Origin: Pyrinomonadaceae bacterium
Lineage (GTDB): Bacteria; Acidobacteriota; Blastocatellia; Pyrinomonadales; Pyrinomonadaceae
NCBI GenBank assembly: GCA_037969295.1
Contig: JBBKXD010000087.1
Location: 918 to 64,917 of the forward strand
DNA: 64,000 bases
Direction of reading: 5' to 3'
This document shows, piece by piece, positions 28,397 through 38,268 of the stretch; the stretch's first letter is position 1; each line of letters opens with the position of its first letter. A model generated the notes under the pieces. It was not told the origin of the DNA and did no database searches. It saw only the letters and a program-made list of their open reading frames with translations. Made by a program: the position numbers and the translations under genes.

Positions 28397-30901
28397 ATGA
28401 AAGAAACTACAGTGCAAATAGACGGGATGATGTCCATCTTTGACGGCTCAGGCATCGAGAAGCAAATCAAGCACCGTGAAGGTGTGGTGAAGGTGGATGT
28501 CAACTTCCTGAGCAGCACAGCGACTGTCGTGTATGACGAGAAACTCGTCGCGCCGGATGACCTCAAGAGATTTGTCGCCGATTGCGGTTATCACTGTCGC
28601 GGCGAAGTCGTGCCGGCGCATGTCTGCAAGCCGAGCAAACGGAATGGAAATCCGCCATTCCCTGCGAAAGCCGAAAATAACCCCGTGCCGTCCTCTTCGA
28701 CAGTCAAACCTGTCGTAGAGAAATTCAGATCAGAAACGCCCCAATCTATACCGATTGTTCAGCCGTCGGAGGAGAAGGAAACCAAGCCGACCATTCCCGC
28801 GAAGGCGAAAAATCACGCCGGTCACAAGATGAATGAAATGTCAGAGGACAAAGCGGCGATGGCTCAGGAGATGGGACACGGGACGGGCGAGTCAATGGAA
28901 GCGATGGTGATCGGGATGCGTAATCGCTTCTATTTCGCACTCTTCTTTACCGTTTTCATCTTTCTTTACTCGCCAATGTTCGTGACACTAACGGGATTTG
29001 AACTGCCCTTGCCGTTCGGCATCTCAACGGATTTGATGGGGTTTATTCTTGCCACGCCCGTTGTTCTTTACGGCGGCTGGATTTTCTACGTCGGAGCATA
29101 TCGCGCTCTCAAGAACGGTATTGCAAACATGGCAGTACTGGTTTCACTGTCGGTTTTGGCCGGCTATTCTTTCAGCGTAGGCGCGACGTTCTTTTTTAAG
29201 GCAGAGGTCTTCTACGAAGCCATCGCCGTGCTGCTTGTTTTTATCCTGCTCGGTCATTGGCTGGAGATGCGCGCCCGCTCGGGCGCGTCAAAAGCGGTGC
29301 AGGCGTTACTGAATCTCGCGCCGCCGAAGGCTACTGTGATCCGCAACGATCAGCCAGTTGAAGTTCCTACTTCCGAGGTCTTGATAGACGATATTGTGAT
29401 GATTCGTCCCGGCGACAAAATTCCAGTGGACGGCATCGTAACCGACGGCGCGTCCGCCGTTGACGAGTCAATGATTACGGGCGAAAGTATGCCCGTCGCC
29501 AAACAGGCCGGCGATGAAGTGATCGGCGCGACTATAAACAAAACCGGCACGTTCCGCTTCAAGGCGACAAAGATCGGAGCGGATACCGCGCTCGCTCAGA
29601 TCGTCAAACTCGTGCAAGCCGCGCAGAATTCCAAAGCGCCGTCACAACGACTCGCCGACACCGCCGCCCAGGTTTTGACTATCTCCGCCGTAGTCATCAG
29701 CATTGCAACTTTCGTTGGCTGGTTTTGGCTCGTCGGTGCAACGCTGGTTTTTGCGATGCTGCTGGCAATCACGGTCGTCGTTATAGCCTGTCCCGACGCG
29801 CTTGGTCTAGCCACGCCGATGGCGATTATGGTGGCGAGCGGCAAGGGCGCACAAAACGGCGTTCTCTTTAAGGACGCGACTTCGCTCGAAGATACGGGCA
29901 GACTTCAGGCAATCATCTTCGACAAAACCGGCACGCTCACCGTCGGGCAGCCTCAAGTAGTGGAAATCGTCGCCGACGGAAAAACTATTACTGATAAAGA
30001 GCTGCTCCGGCTCGTCGCCTCGCTCGAACAATCGAGCGAGCATCCGCTGGCGCAAGCAGTCATTGAGAAAGCGAAGGCTGACGATATGACACTCAGCGCG
30101 GCATCGAATTTTGATTCAATTCCGGGGCAAGGAGCGCGAGCAACAGTTGACGGACGAACAGTTCTTGCGGGCAATCGCAAACTGATGGATGAGAACAAGA
30201 TTGCTCTTGATACGCTCAACGAACGGGCAAAAACACTTGAGGAAAAAGGAAATACGGTTATCTATTCCGCCATTGATGGTTTGGCGGGCGGACTGATCGC
30301 CATAGCCGACGCTATTCGCCCGAACGCGAAACAGGCGATTGAGCAATTGACTAAACTAGGCATCGAGGTAGCGATGTTGACGGGTGACAATCAAGGCACT
30401 GCAAACCTCGTTTCTAAAGAGCTCGGCATTAAGACGGTCTTCGCCGAGGTCCAACCCGGACAAAAAGCCGAAAAAGTTAAAGAGATGCAGGCGAAAGGCA
30501 TGCGTGTCGGGATGGTTGGCGATGGCATTAATGACGCGCCCGCGCTCGCCCAAGCCGATGTCGGCATCGCCATCGGCGCGGGAGCGGATGTGGCGATGGA
30601 AGCGGCGGACGTTGTGCTAATGAAAAGCGATCCGTTCGATGTCATTGGAGCCGTGATCCTGAGCCGGGCGACGCGGCGCAAAATGCGCCAAAACCTGTGG
30701 TGGGCGGCCGGATACAATGTCATCGCCTTTCCGCTCGCCGCAGGTCTGCTTTATCCCTCGATCGGTTTGCTCTTGACCCCCGAGATCGCCGCCTTTTCCA
30801 TGTCCGGCTCGACGCTGGTGGTAGTCGCCAATGCTCTGTTGTTAAAGAAGGTCAAGATGAAAGAGACCGCGACCCTGGCAAAGAAAAATGGTCGGTACTG
30901 A
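28397..30901 (+). CDS. heavy-metal P1B-type ATPase with CopB-like (P1B-3) TM signatures but CPD in place of CPH
   Basis: [15 protein letters not shown] and TGES. TM6 is [14 protein letters not shown]7 is [14 protein letters not shown] and TM8 is [18 protein letters not shown]. The N-terminal HMA-like fold lacks CxxC ([13 protein letters not shown]) and is followed by a Met/His-containing linker. Confidence 0.88.
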   Translation: MKETTVQIDGMMSIFDGSGIEKQIKHREGVVKVDVNFLSSTATVVYDEKLVAPDDLKRFVADCGYHCRGEVVPAHVCKPSKRNGNPPFPAKAENNPVPSSSTVKPVVEKFRSETPQSIPIVQPSEEKETKPTIPAKAKNHAGHKMNEMSEDKAAMAQEMGHGTGESMEAMVIGMRNRFYFALFFTVFIFLYSPMFVTLTGFELPLPFGISTDLMGFILATPVVLYGGWIFYVGAYRALKNGIANMAVLVSLSVLAGYSFSVGATFFFKAEVFYEAIAVLLVFILLGHWLEMRARSGASKAVQALLNLAPPKATVIRNDQPVEVPTSEVLIDDIVMIRPGDKIPVDGIVTDGASAVDESMITGESMPVAKQAGDEVIGATINKTGTFRFKATKIGADTALAQIVKLVQAAQNSKAPSQRLADTAAQVLTISAVVISIATFVGWFWLVGATLVFAMLLAITVVVIACPDALGLATPMAIMVASGKGAQNGVLFKDATSLEDTGRLQAIIFDKTGTLTVGQPQVVEIVADGKTITDKELLRLVASLEQSSEHPLAQAVIEKAKADDMTLSAASNFDSIPGQGARATVDGRTVLAGNRKLMDENKIALDTLNERAKTLEEKGNTVIYSAIDGLAGGLIAIADAIRPNAKQAIEQLTKLGIEVAMLTGDNQGTANLVSKELGIKTVFAEVQPGQKAEKVKEMQAKGMRVGMVGDGINDAPALAQADVGIAIGAGADVAMEAADVVLMKSDPFDVIGAVILSRATRRKMRQNLWWAAGYNVIAFPLAAGLLYPSIGLLLTPEIAAFSMSGSTLVVVANALLLKKVKMKETATLAKKNGRY

Positions 30902-30939
30902 TGATTTCCTGAGAACCCGGGTCCAGTGAGGATTTACTT

Positions 30940-31518
30940 ATGCTTATTAAAGAAATGAAAGCCGAAGAGTGTATTGATGTACTAACTGAAAAACGGATCG
31001 GCAGACTCGCCTGCGTCCATGAAAACCAACCTTATATTGTTCCGTTTCATTTTGCTTTTGACGGCGGCAAGTACTTTTACGCCTTTGCGACGCCGGGGCA
31101 AAAGATCGAGTGGATGCGGTCGAATCCGCTGGTTTGTGTCGAGGTGGACGACATGAAAAATCAATTTGAATGGACCAGCCTGATTGCCTTCGGGCGCTAT
31201 GAAGAATTGCCGGACACGCCGGAATTTGAAGCTGAGCGAACCCGAGCATATGAAACGCTTTCCCGGCACCCGATGTGGTGGCAACCGGTGTATGTTGCCA
31301 GAGATTACCGTGCTCCGGCGACGGAGTTTAAGCCGATCTATCTCCGTATTCTCGTTGAAAAAATAACGGGACGCCGGGGTGTTCCGGATAAACCGTTACT
31401 TGAGATGAATGTAGGGGAAATTACCGCGAACAAGACCCAAAATCGGTTTTTCAGTTTTTGGAGATCTCATAAACCGGACAGATCGAGTGTCGACGAGCAA
31501 AAGCACTTAATACGATGA
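30940..31518 (+). CDS. pyridoxamine 5'-phosphate oxidase-family (FMN-binding split barrel) protein
   Basis: ECIDVLTEKRIGRLACVHENQPYIVPFHFAFDG...VCVEVDD pattern typical of the Pyridox_ox_2 family. Confidence 0.72.
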   Translation: MLIKEMKAEECIDVLTEKRIGRLACVHENQPYIVPFHFAFDGGKYFYAFATPGQKIEWMRSNPLVCVEVDDMKNQFEWTSLIAFGRYEELPDTPEFEAERTRAYETLSRHPMWWQPVYVARDYRAPATEFKPIYLRILVEKITGRRGVPDKPLLEMNVGEITANKTQNRFFSFWRSHKPDRSSVDEQKHLIR

Positions 31519-31549
31519 GCAACCCTACTGTGAGAGCCACTAAAGGAGC

Positions 31550-32212
31550 TTGACCATGAACGAACATATTGAACATACCGGAGCTTGGGCCATTGCCCTG
31601 ATCGTGATCGTGGTGGTCTCGTGGCTCTTGTACCGGTATCTCGCGCCTAAGACGTGGCGGGAGTGGGCGAGTGCAGGCGTCATCCAGGCCTTTATTATTG
31701 CCCTGTATGCCGAGATGTACGGCTTTCCGCTCACTATCTACTTACTCGTCCGTTTCTTTGGCCTCGATCAGACTTACCTGAATGCTAACCTCTGGTCCAC
31801 GCTCCTGGGTTACGGGGAGGCCGGCATGATGATCTCGATGATTATCGGCTACACGCTGCTGTTTGTAGGCATTGGAATATTTATGGAGGGATGGCGCGAG
31901 CTTCACCGCGCCCGACAGGAGAATCGGCTCGTCACAGATCGCCTTTACGGGTTGGTGCGGCATCCCCAATACACCGGACTTTTCATCGCGATCTTCGGCG
32001 AAGGTATTGTTCATTGGCCTACCATTTTTTCCGTAGCTCTTTTCCCCGTTATTGTTCTCGCCTACTTCCTTCTGGCGCGAAATGAGGAACGAAAAGTTGA
32101 GGAACAATTCGGTGATGAATACCGCGCTTACCGAAAGCGTGTACCCATGTTCTTCCCTCGCTGGGGTCAATGGCGCAATCTGGCGACGACGCGAGGTGAG
32201 AATCCTGCTTAG
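31550..32212 (+). CDS. isoprenylcysteine carboxyl methyltransferase (ICMT/PEMT-like) family membrane protein
   Basis: LVTDRLYGLVRHPQYTG...EERKVEEQFGDEYRAYRKRVP C-terminal signature, with multiple TM helices. Confidence 0.75.
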   Translation: MTMNEHIEHTGAWAIALIVIVVVSWLLYRYLAPKTWREWASAGVIQAFIIALYAEMYGFPLTIYLLVRFFGLDQTYLNANLWSTLLGYGEAGMMISMIIGYTLLFVGIGIFMEGWRELHRARQENRLVTDRLYGLVRHPQYTGLFIAIFGEGIVHWPTIFSVALFPVIVLAYFLLARNEERKVEEQFGDEYRAYRKRVPMFFPRWGQWRNLATTRGENPA

Positions 32213-32312
32213 GGTCTTACAGATTGTGGAAAAGCGAAGAAAGGCCATACAAGGGAGCGGCGGATCAAAACGTCACGGAATGTAGGAAAGACGAAGGGAA
32301 AGGAGACCGATT

Positions 32313-32642
32313 ATGGAAGGCATATTGTGGTTATTGGTGATCGCTGGATTCTTCTATTTCATGATGAGGTTCGGCTGTGGCTCTCACATGGTACATGGTC
32401 ACGGAGGCCATGGAAAGCACGGGGGTCAGGATGATTCAGTCGAAGTGGTGAAGGGTCACGGTACCCACGGGGGGCACGCCGTGCAAGGAAGCGTCGGCCC
32501 CGATCCAACAGATCCGGTGTGCGGAATGGAAGTAAATCCGGCATCCGGTTATGGACGCATGTACGAGGGCAAGGAATATCGCTTCTGTTCACGAACGTGC
32601 TTGGATCAGTTTGACGCTGAGCCGGCGCGCTACACCAGTTAA
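32313..32642 (+). CDS. YHS/TRASH-domain protein with an N-terminal TM helix and a His/Gly-rich tract
   Basis: DPVCGMEVNPASGY...YRFCSRTCLDQFDAEPARY (YHS motif), preceded by HMVHGHGGHGKHGG...GHGTHGGH. Confidence 0.8.
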   Translation: MEGILWLLVIAGFFYFMMRFGCGSHMVHGHGGHGKHGGQDDSVEVVKGHGTHGGHAVQGSVGPDPTDPVCGMEVNPASGYGRMYEGKEYRFCSRTCLDQFDAEPARYTS

Positions 32643-32655
32643 AGAGGAGATGACA

Positions 32656-32919
32656 ATGAAACAAGGACTTTCATTAGTAGCAGTGGGTTTCGCGACCAGT
32701 TTGTTCCTGGCCATAACCTTTGTCTTGTGTGTTGGGTTTGACCTTTTGTTTCCGGCCCACGCGATGTTCCAGGCGTGGCAAAAGTTACTGCCTGGCTTCC
32801 AGTGGCTGAGTTGGGGCAGTTTCTTTCTAGGACTAATTGAGAGCTACGCCTACGGTTGGTATATCGCACTCATTTGGGTGCCGCTTTACAATGTTTTCGC
32901 TCTGAGGAAGCAGCGATAG
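32656..32919 (+). CDS. small 2-TM membrane protein, paralogue 1 of 4 (DUF5676-like from memory)
   Basis: Shares the ...LP.F.WL...GF.LGLIES..YG.Y...WVP.YN pattern with 35638-35907, 43745-44005 and 46955-47227. Confidence 0.6.
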   Translation: MKQGLSLVAVGFATSLFLAITFVLCVGFDLLFPAHAMFQAWQKLLPGFQWLSWGSFFLGLIESYAYGWYIALIWVPLYNVFALRKQR

Positions 32920-33051
32920 ACCGATTTGTTAAGCGTCGGTCTCAACCAACAGACGACACCGCCGTCTTGTCGAAGGTGGTCGAAATGCGAGAAACCGGGC
33001 AGATTGAGACCAAGCTCGACGAAGAAGTGAAAACTAATAAAAGAGAAAATA

Positions 33052-33424
33052 ATGAGAATACTACTAGCGACAGATGGGTCGGAGCAAAGCCAAGCAGCGG
33101 TCAATGAGATCGCGGCCAGGCCTTTTCCGCCTGATACGAGCATTCGGATTGTTTCGGCTTATGAAAAGGACCTCACTACTCACTCGTGTGGAACCGATGG
33201 GAGTGTCGGAGGAGTTTTATGCCAGAGCTGACCATAATGCCTTAAAGACGGCTGAGGATGCGTCAGAAAAAACCAATTTTGACTGTGACAACATGCGGAC
33301 CGGCAGCATGAGGCAAGTAGATAGAACGGCAAAAAAGGCGAATGTTGTCGCCGCAATCACGAGGTTGGAATCAAACGGAAACATCGTCGCCGCGGCGCTT
33401 TTCCAATTTTACATGACTAATTAA
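33052..33424 (+). pseudogene. decayed universal stress protein gene
   Basis: MRILLATDGSEQSQAAVNEIAARPFPPDTSIRIVSAYEK is a good USP N-terminus. The frame then breaks near 33165, and the C-terminal ATP-binding G-x2-G-x9-G(S/T) region cannot be recovered in any frame. Confidence 0.4.
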
Positions 33425-33440
33425 CTTAAAGGAGATAACT

Positions 33441-34010
33441 ATGCAAGCACATGCAGGACACATGATGGAGAAGATGGAAGAGCCGGAAACGGCAGAGAAA
33501 AGTGCGGTCGTGGCAATCTACGACACCCACTGAGAGGCCGAGGAAGCGGTCCGTGAGCTCGAGAAATCGGGGTTTGATATGCAGAAACTGTCGATCGTCG
33601 GCAAGGACTACCAGACGGAAGAAGAGGTAGTTGGCTATTACAACACGGGCGATCGTGTGAAAAAGTGGGGTAAGACCGGGGCCTTCTGGGGCGGTCTATG
33701 GGGACTGTTGTTCGGATCGGCGTTCTTCCTCGTGCCCGGTATCGTTCCGTTGCTCGCAGCCGGACCGATAGTCGGCTGGATCGTTGGTGCACTGGAAGGC
33801 GCGGTAGTGGTCGGGGGTCTGAGCGCTCTTGGCGCCGGGCTTTACGGCCTCGGGATTCCAAAAGACAGCATCATCGAATACGAAACGGAGATCAAAGCCG
33901 GCAAATACGTGATCATTACACATGGCTCTCCGGACGAAGTGAGCAAGACCGAAGGCACGCTTTCGGCGACCAAGCATCAAGGGATGAAAAAGCATTCCTG
34001 CTGTGCGTAA
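33441..34010 (+). pseudogene. general-stress/DUF1269-like membrane protein interrupted by an in-frame TGA at 33531-33533
   Basis: A strong RBS (ggag) precedes the ATG at 33441. It reads ...AVVAIYDTH*EAEEAVRELEKSGFDMQKLSIVGKDYQTEEEVVGYYNTGDRVKKWGK...Gly-zipper TM...IPKDSIIEYETEIKAGKYVIITHG. The track ORF 33579-34010 is the same frame downstream of the stop. Confidence 0.6.
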
Positions 34011-34026
34011 GTTGTTTCACGAGAAA

Positions 34027-34078
34027 ACGGCGGCGGCAATGTCAAACGACCGTAACGGGGGCCGCCGTCATCTTTTGC
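34027..34078 (+). terminator. possible terminator after the DUF1269-like gene
   Basis: acggcggc ... gccgccgt stem with a long loop, followed by tcatcttttgc. The U-tract is weak. Confidence 0.3.
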
Positions 34079-34150
34079 TATTAACGAGTCGGAGTGATGG
34101 AGGTCTCGTCTATCGCGGCATCGGGAACGCGCTTTTAGGGGGAAATTAAG

Positions 34151-34345
34151 ATGGATTGGGTATTGGCAAATTGGTTTTGGATTCTGATTTTTGGACTATT
34201 CATCGCGATGCACCTTTTCGGTCATGGCGGACATGGGGGACATGGCGGAGGTCATCAGCACGGTAGTAAGACGGGGGACGAAAAGAACGGAGACGAAACA
34301 CAAGCTAACACTGGAAATACCAGTTCGAGCGGTCATGAGCACTGA
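34151..34345 (+). CDS. small His/Gly-rich membrane protein (DUF2933-like from memory)
   Basis: One TM helix followed by HLFGHGGHGGHGGGHQHG. Confidence 0.55.
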   Translation: MDWVLANWFWILIFGLFIAMHLFGHGGHGGHGGGHQHGSKTGDEKNGDETQANTGNTSSSGHEH

Positions 34346-34414
34346 GCGGGCGCGATTTCAGAAAAATATAAGGATTTAATTGTGCCCGCCCGGCAACAAT
34401 TCGAGGAGGAAACT

Positions 34415-35638
34415 ATGTTAGCAAAACAGGCATTAGACAAGACGCTGGACAAGACATTGGACAAAATATTCGGGCATCTCTCTGGCGAGTCCTTTGCGGT
34501 TAAATACGGGGACGGCACGACCGAAAGCTACGGGGAAGGCGAGGCGCAATTTACAGTCAAGCTCAATGATTACGACCTTCTCAGCTTGATCGGCGACGAT
34601 ATGTTGACAACTTTTGGCGAAGCCTACATGGACGGGCGTGTGGACCTAGACGGCGATCTCGCTGACTTGATGTCGCTTGCCCTGAAGAGTGGTCTGATGT
34701 CTGTTACGCATACTACCCAAGGCTTTGCGGGTGCGGGTCTTAGGATAGCCGGCAAGGTACGATCGCTCGGCCACGTGAAGGAAAACATAGCCCGCCATTA
34801 CGATCTCGGCAACCATTTCTTTCGCCTTTGGCTCGACGAATCGCTGACTTATTCGTGCGCTTATTTTCGTAAGGCGTCCGATACGCTCGATGATGCGCAG
34901 CGGCAGAAAATCGACCACTCCTTAAAGAAATTGCGGCTGCAACCCGACGAAACTCTGCTCGACATTGGCTGCGGTTGGGGCTCGTTGGTTATGCGGGCGG
35001 TCGATCATTATAACGTAACGGCAACGGGGATTACGCTCAGCGAGGAACAACATGCGGGTGCGAAATCGGCAATTGAAGAAAGAGGCCTGCAAAGTAAAGC
35101 CAGTGTGAGGCTGTTAGATTACAGTGCCCTGCTGAAGGAAGGAAAACAATTCGACAAGATAATCAGCATCGGGATGATCGAACACGTCGGAAAAGAAAAT
35201 CTTTCGGGGTTTGTCGAAACGGTTGAGAAACTGCTCAAGCCGGGCGGATTAGCTCTACTGCATTTGATTACAAATGTTGAAGAAGGCCCGATCAACCGTT
35301 GGATAGAAAAGCACATTTTTCCGGGCGGCTATATTCCAACACTACCCGAAATTATTTCGCATATTGCGGCACAGGATTTCCGTGTTTGGGATGTCGAAAA
35401 TCTAGCCGATCACTATCGATTAACGCTTGACCGTTGGTCCGAACGCTTCGAGTTTGTCGTGCCGACGGTGCGTGAACAATTTGATGAAAGATTTGTGCGT
35501 ATGTGGCGGCTGTATTTGCGGGCATCTTCCGCCGCATTTCGTGAAGGCGTTGTCGAAGTTCATCAGATCCTCGTTTCACGCGGGAAGCCCGAAGATCTGC
35601 CGCTCACTCGTGATGACCTTTATCAGGAGCGGAAATAA
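34415..35638 (+). CDS. cfa: cyclopropane-fatty-acyl-phospholipid synthase family SAM methyltransferase
   Basis: HYDLGNHFFRLWLDESLTYSCAYF, LLDIGCGWGSL (SAM motif I) and FPGGYIPTL. The ATG at 34415 follows aggagga. Confidence 0.85.
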   Translation: MLAKQALDKTLDKTLDKIFGHLSGESFAVKYGDGTTESYGEGEAQFTVKLNDYDLLSLIGDDMLTTFGEAYMDGRVDLDGDLADLMSLALKSGLMSVTHTTQGFAGAGLRIAGKVRSLGHVKENIARHYDLGNHFFRLWLDESLTYSCAYFRKASDTLDDAQRQKIDHSLKKLRLQPDETLLDIGCGWGSLVMRAVDHYNVTATGITLSEEQHAGAKSAIEERGLQSKASVRLLDYSALLKEGKQFDKIISIGMIEHVGKENLSGFVETVEKLLKPGGLALLHLITNVEEGPINRWIEKHIFPGGYIPTLPEIISHIAAQDFRVWDVENLADHYRLTLDRWSERFEFVVPTVREQFDERFVRMWRLYLRASSAAFREGVVEVHQILVSRGKPEDLPLTRDDLYQERK

Positions 35639-35907
35639 TGCTGAATATCAAAATCGTTAGTTGGTCGCTTGGTATTTTTACCGCTATCAGCTTCATCCTA
35701 TGCGTTATTTACGGATTGATCCTGCCATCGAGTTTACATATGCATCAAGCTCTTGAAGTCGTGCTGCCCGCCTTTAAGTGGTTGACCTTCTGGGGGTTTT
35801 GTCTGGGATTGGTCGAGAGTTTTCTTTACGGCGTTTACGTCGGTCTCGTGTTCGTCCCGATTTACAATTTTATCTGGCAACGGTCGGGCGTGTCGGCAAA
35901 GGAGTAA
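35638..35907 (+). CDS. small 2-TM membrane protein, paralogue 2 of 4 (DUF5676-like)
   Basis: MLNIKIVSWSLGIFTAISFILCVIYGL... is ~70% identical in protein to 46955-47227. Its ATG overlaps the cfa stop by 1 nt. Confidence 0.6.
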   Translation: MLNIKIVSWSLGIFTAISFILCVIYGLILPSSLHMHQALEVVLPAFKWLTFWGFCLGLVESFLYGVYVGLVFVPIYNFIWQRSGVSAKE

Positions 35908-35995
35908 CTGGGCGGCTCGTCGTTACGGCGGGGCGATCTGGGGTAGAAAGTAACCACCTCATTATGGACAAACCAACGGAGACAGAAGGACGATT

Positions 35996-36484
35996 TTGAA
36001 AATGGTAAGAATTAGTGCTTTTACAAAGAACAACTTAAATAAGCAAGGATTTGGAAAACTTGATGATGAGGCTAAATCCCGTTATGCGTTGCCGCTGCGG
36101 TTTACGCCCGCAGTAGGCACCACCTTGATCGTCATCGGGCTTGCCTTGCAGTCGCCCATTTGGCTGGGGTCAATGGCACTTGTTACTTTAAGTGGAGCTC
36201 TACTGCCAAGCGGCATGTTTATTGATCTGGTTTACAACTTCGGTGTTCGCCATTTGTTCCGTGCACAACCGCTGCCACCTACACCAAAGCCTCGACAGTT
36301 TTCCTACCTTCTTTCTACCGGCGTTCTGACGGGTTCAGCCTTGTCCTTCTATTACGGGCTATCAGTGTTGGGGTTTATCCTGGGCGGAATGGTTGTCATA
36401 GGGGCCACAATCCTTACTACCACGCTTTGGTGTCTTGGATCGTGGTTCAACGGGCTGATTTTTGGGTATGAAGCGACAGATTAG
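35996..36484 (+). CDS. membrane protein, DUF4395-like
   Basis: Four hydrophobic segments and a LDDEAKSRYALPLRFTPAVGT N-region. The family call is from memory only, and the start is ambiguous (TTG 35996 or ATG 36002). Confidence 0.4.
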   Translation: MKMVRISAFTKNNLNKQGFGKLDDEAKSRYALPLRFTPAVGTTLIVIGLALQSPIWLGSMALVTLSGALLPSGMFIDLVYNFGVRHLFRAQPLPPTPKPRQFSYLLSTGVLTGSALSFYYGLSVLGFILGGMVVIGATILTTTLWCLGSWFNGLIFGYEATD

Positions 36485-36619
36485 TGGAATCCACGGAGAA
36501 AAGACCATGACCGAATTCAGCAAAATTCGTCACATCTCAACGTGGATGGACATCGCCTGCATTAGTCTGGTTCATGCGTGGCTAGGTGACTCTATTGGAG
36601 CAAACTAAAGGCTTTTGGC

Positions 36620-37894
36620 ATGGTAAGTAAACATCTATTAATACTTCTCGCCTGCTTGTTCGTCGTCATGATCGGCTTCGGCATTACGCTGCCGGTGCTG
36701 CCCTTTTATATAGAGCGTCTGGCGCTCCAAGCTGGAGCATCGCCGCAATCGAGCGTGCTGCACGTAATGCTTTTGACAGGCGTTTATCCGCTAATGCAGC
36801 TCTTCTTTGCTCCTTTGTGGGGTCGCTGGTCGGATCGTATCGGCAGAAGACCGTTGATCTTAATCGGAATCGGCGGTTATGTCGTAGCTCAGGTTCTCTT
36901 CGGTCTATCGACATCGTTGTGGTTGCTCTATGCGGCGCGTATCGTTGGGGGCGTTTTGTCGTCTGCGACCCTCCCCGCATCGGCCGCCTATGTTGTCGAT
37001 ATTACGACGAAAGCTGAACGCAGTCGCGGAATGGCATGGCTCGGCACGGCGGCCAGTCTCGGCGTGGTCGTCGGACCCGCACTCGGGGGGGTGCTCTCGC
37101 GGCGAGACTGGCATTTTAATTGGAGTGCTGCCGGACATTTCAAGATTGACAGCTTCTCGATTCCGTTTTTCGTAGCGGCATTGTTGGGTCTACTGACGCT
37201 CATCGCAGCGTTTCGGTGGCTGCCCGAAACAGTTTCCAGAACCTGGGGTCAGGAGACAGAAACGGCAGTCGTTCCAAGTGAAAAAATGAAAACGGACTGG
37301 CGAACGCTTCTGAAGGCCTTATCCCCGTTGCTTGCTTTGACTCTCGCCGGACAATTTGCATTAACAATGTTCGAGGGAACGTTCGCTCTATTTGCTCAGG
37401 CAAAGTTCGATTTCGGTCCCGCCGAAGTCGGTTACGTTTTTGTCGTGTGCGGGCTGGTGATGACCGTTTTTCAGGCTGGAGCAGTCGGGTTTCTCGCCGG
37501 TAAGATCAGTGAAATGGTTCAAATCGGCACCGGCTTTGCGCTGATGGGAACAGGAATCGCGTTGTTGGCGACAGCACAGACCAAATTCTTTATTTTTGCG
37601 TTCGTCGCACTGCTCGCCTTAGGAATGGCATTCATCGCTCCGAATCTTGCCGCTCTCATATCAAAACGCGGCGGAGAACGGCAGGCGGGAGCTTCGCTCG
37701 GTATTCAGAATGCGGCCAACAGTCTAGGTCAGGCGGGCGGACCGCTACTCGGCGGGGTGTTATTCATCTGGCAGATAAACGCGCCGTATCTTTTGAGCGG
37801 AGCGTTGCTCATCACGCTCGCTCTGGTTATTGCATGGAAGGTGATGTCGCGGCGACAGGTCGCCGGATTAGAAGGAATTTTAGAACAGACATAA
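36620..37894 (+). CDS. MFS transporter (DHA1-like, 12 TM)
   Basis: GRWSDRIGRRPLILIG motif A between TM2 and TM3. The overall topology is 12 TM. Confidence 0.85.
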   Translation: MVSKHLLILLACLFVVMIGFGITLPVLPFYIERLALQAGASPQSSVLHVMLLTGVYPLMQLFFAPLWGRWSDRIGRRPLILIGIGGYVVAQVLFGLSTSLWLLYAARIVGGVLSSATLPASAAYVVDITTKAERSRGMAWLGTAASLGVVVGPALGGVLSRRDWHFNWSAAGHFKIDSFSIPFFVAALLGLLTLIAAFRWLPETVSRTWGQETETAVVPSEKMKTDWRTLLKALSPLLALTLAGQFALTMFEGTFALFAQAKFDFGPAEVGYVFVVCGLVMTVFQAGAVGFLAGKISEMVQIGTGFALMGTGIALLATAQTKFFIFAFVALLALGMAFIAPNLAALISKRGGERQAGASLGIQNAANSLGQAGGPLLGGVLFIWQINAPYLLSGALLITLALVIAWKVMSRRQVAGLEGILEQT

Positions 37895-37904
37895 GGAGAT
37901 AACG

Positions 37905-38126
37905 ATGGATCATAAAAGTCATATAGACCCCGTTTGTGGTATGCGGGTGGAAAAGACGAATGCAGCCGGAGAGTATGAACATGAAGGGTTGATGTATTAC
38001 TTCGACAGCGAGGAATGCATGAAGCTGTTCTACCAACACCCGGAACAGTATACACACAAGTCAGCTACGGACGAACTTGGCGATTCCTCGCAAGTGAGTG
38101 AACCGAGTGAGAAGGAGTTAAAATAA
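37905..38126 (+). CDS. YHS/TRASH-domain protein
   Basis: DPVCGMRVEKTNAAGEYEHEGLMYYFDSEECMKLFYQHPEQY. Confidence 0.8.
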   Translation: MDHKSHIDPVCGMRVEKTNAAGEYEHEGLMYYFDSEECMKLFYQHPEQYTHKSATDELGDSSQVSEPSEKELK

Positions 38127-38268
38127 GGAACTATTTGAAGGTTTTATGTGGGGAATTCTTTAGGATCGTCGCGTCGGTGATTGAGAAGCGTTATAAAGCT
38201 GACCGATGAAGTCACGTAAACTTTTTTGAACATTGTCCGAGGATAGTACTCGGACGGGAGCAGCAACT

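Noticed and set aside
33531-33533. In-frame TGA as a selenocysteine codon
   Set aside because: No convincing SECIS-like hairpin immediately downstream, no sel genes in the window, and the neighbouring conserved text (DTH-x-EAEEAV) does not suggest a catalytic Cys/Sec position. A nonsense mutation or sequencing error is more parsimonious.
36507-36608. 33-aa ORF MTEFSKIRHISTWMDIACISLVHAWLGDSIGAN between the DUF4395-like and MFS genes
   Set aside because: No RBS, no recognisable motif and too short, so it was left unannotated.
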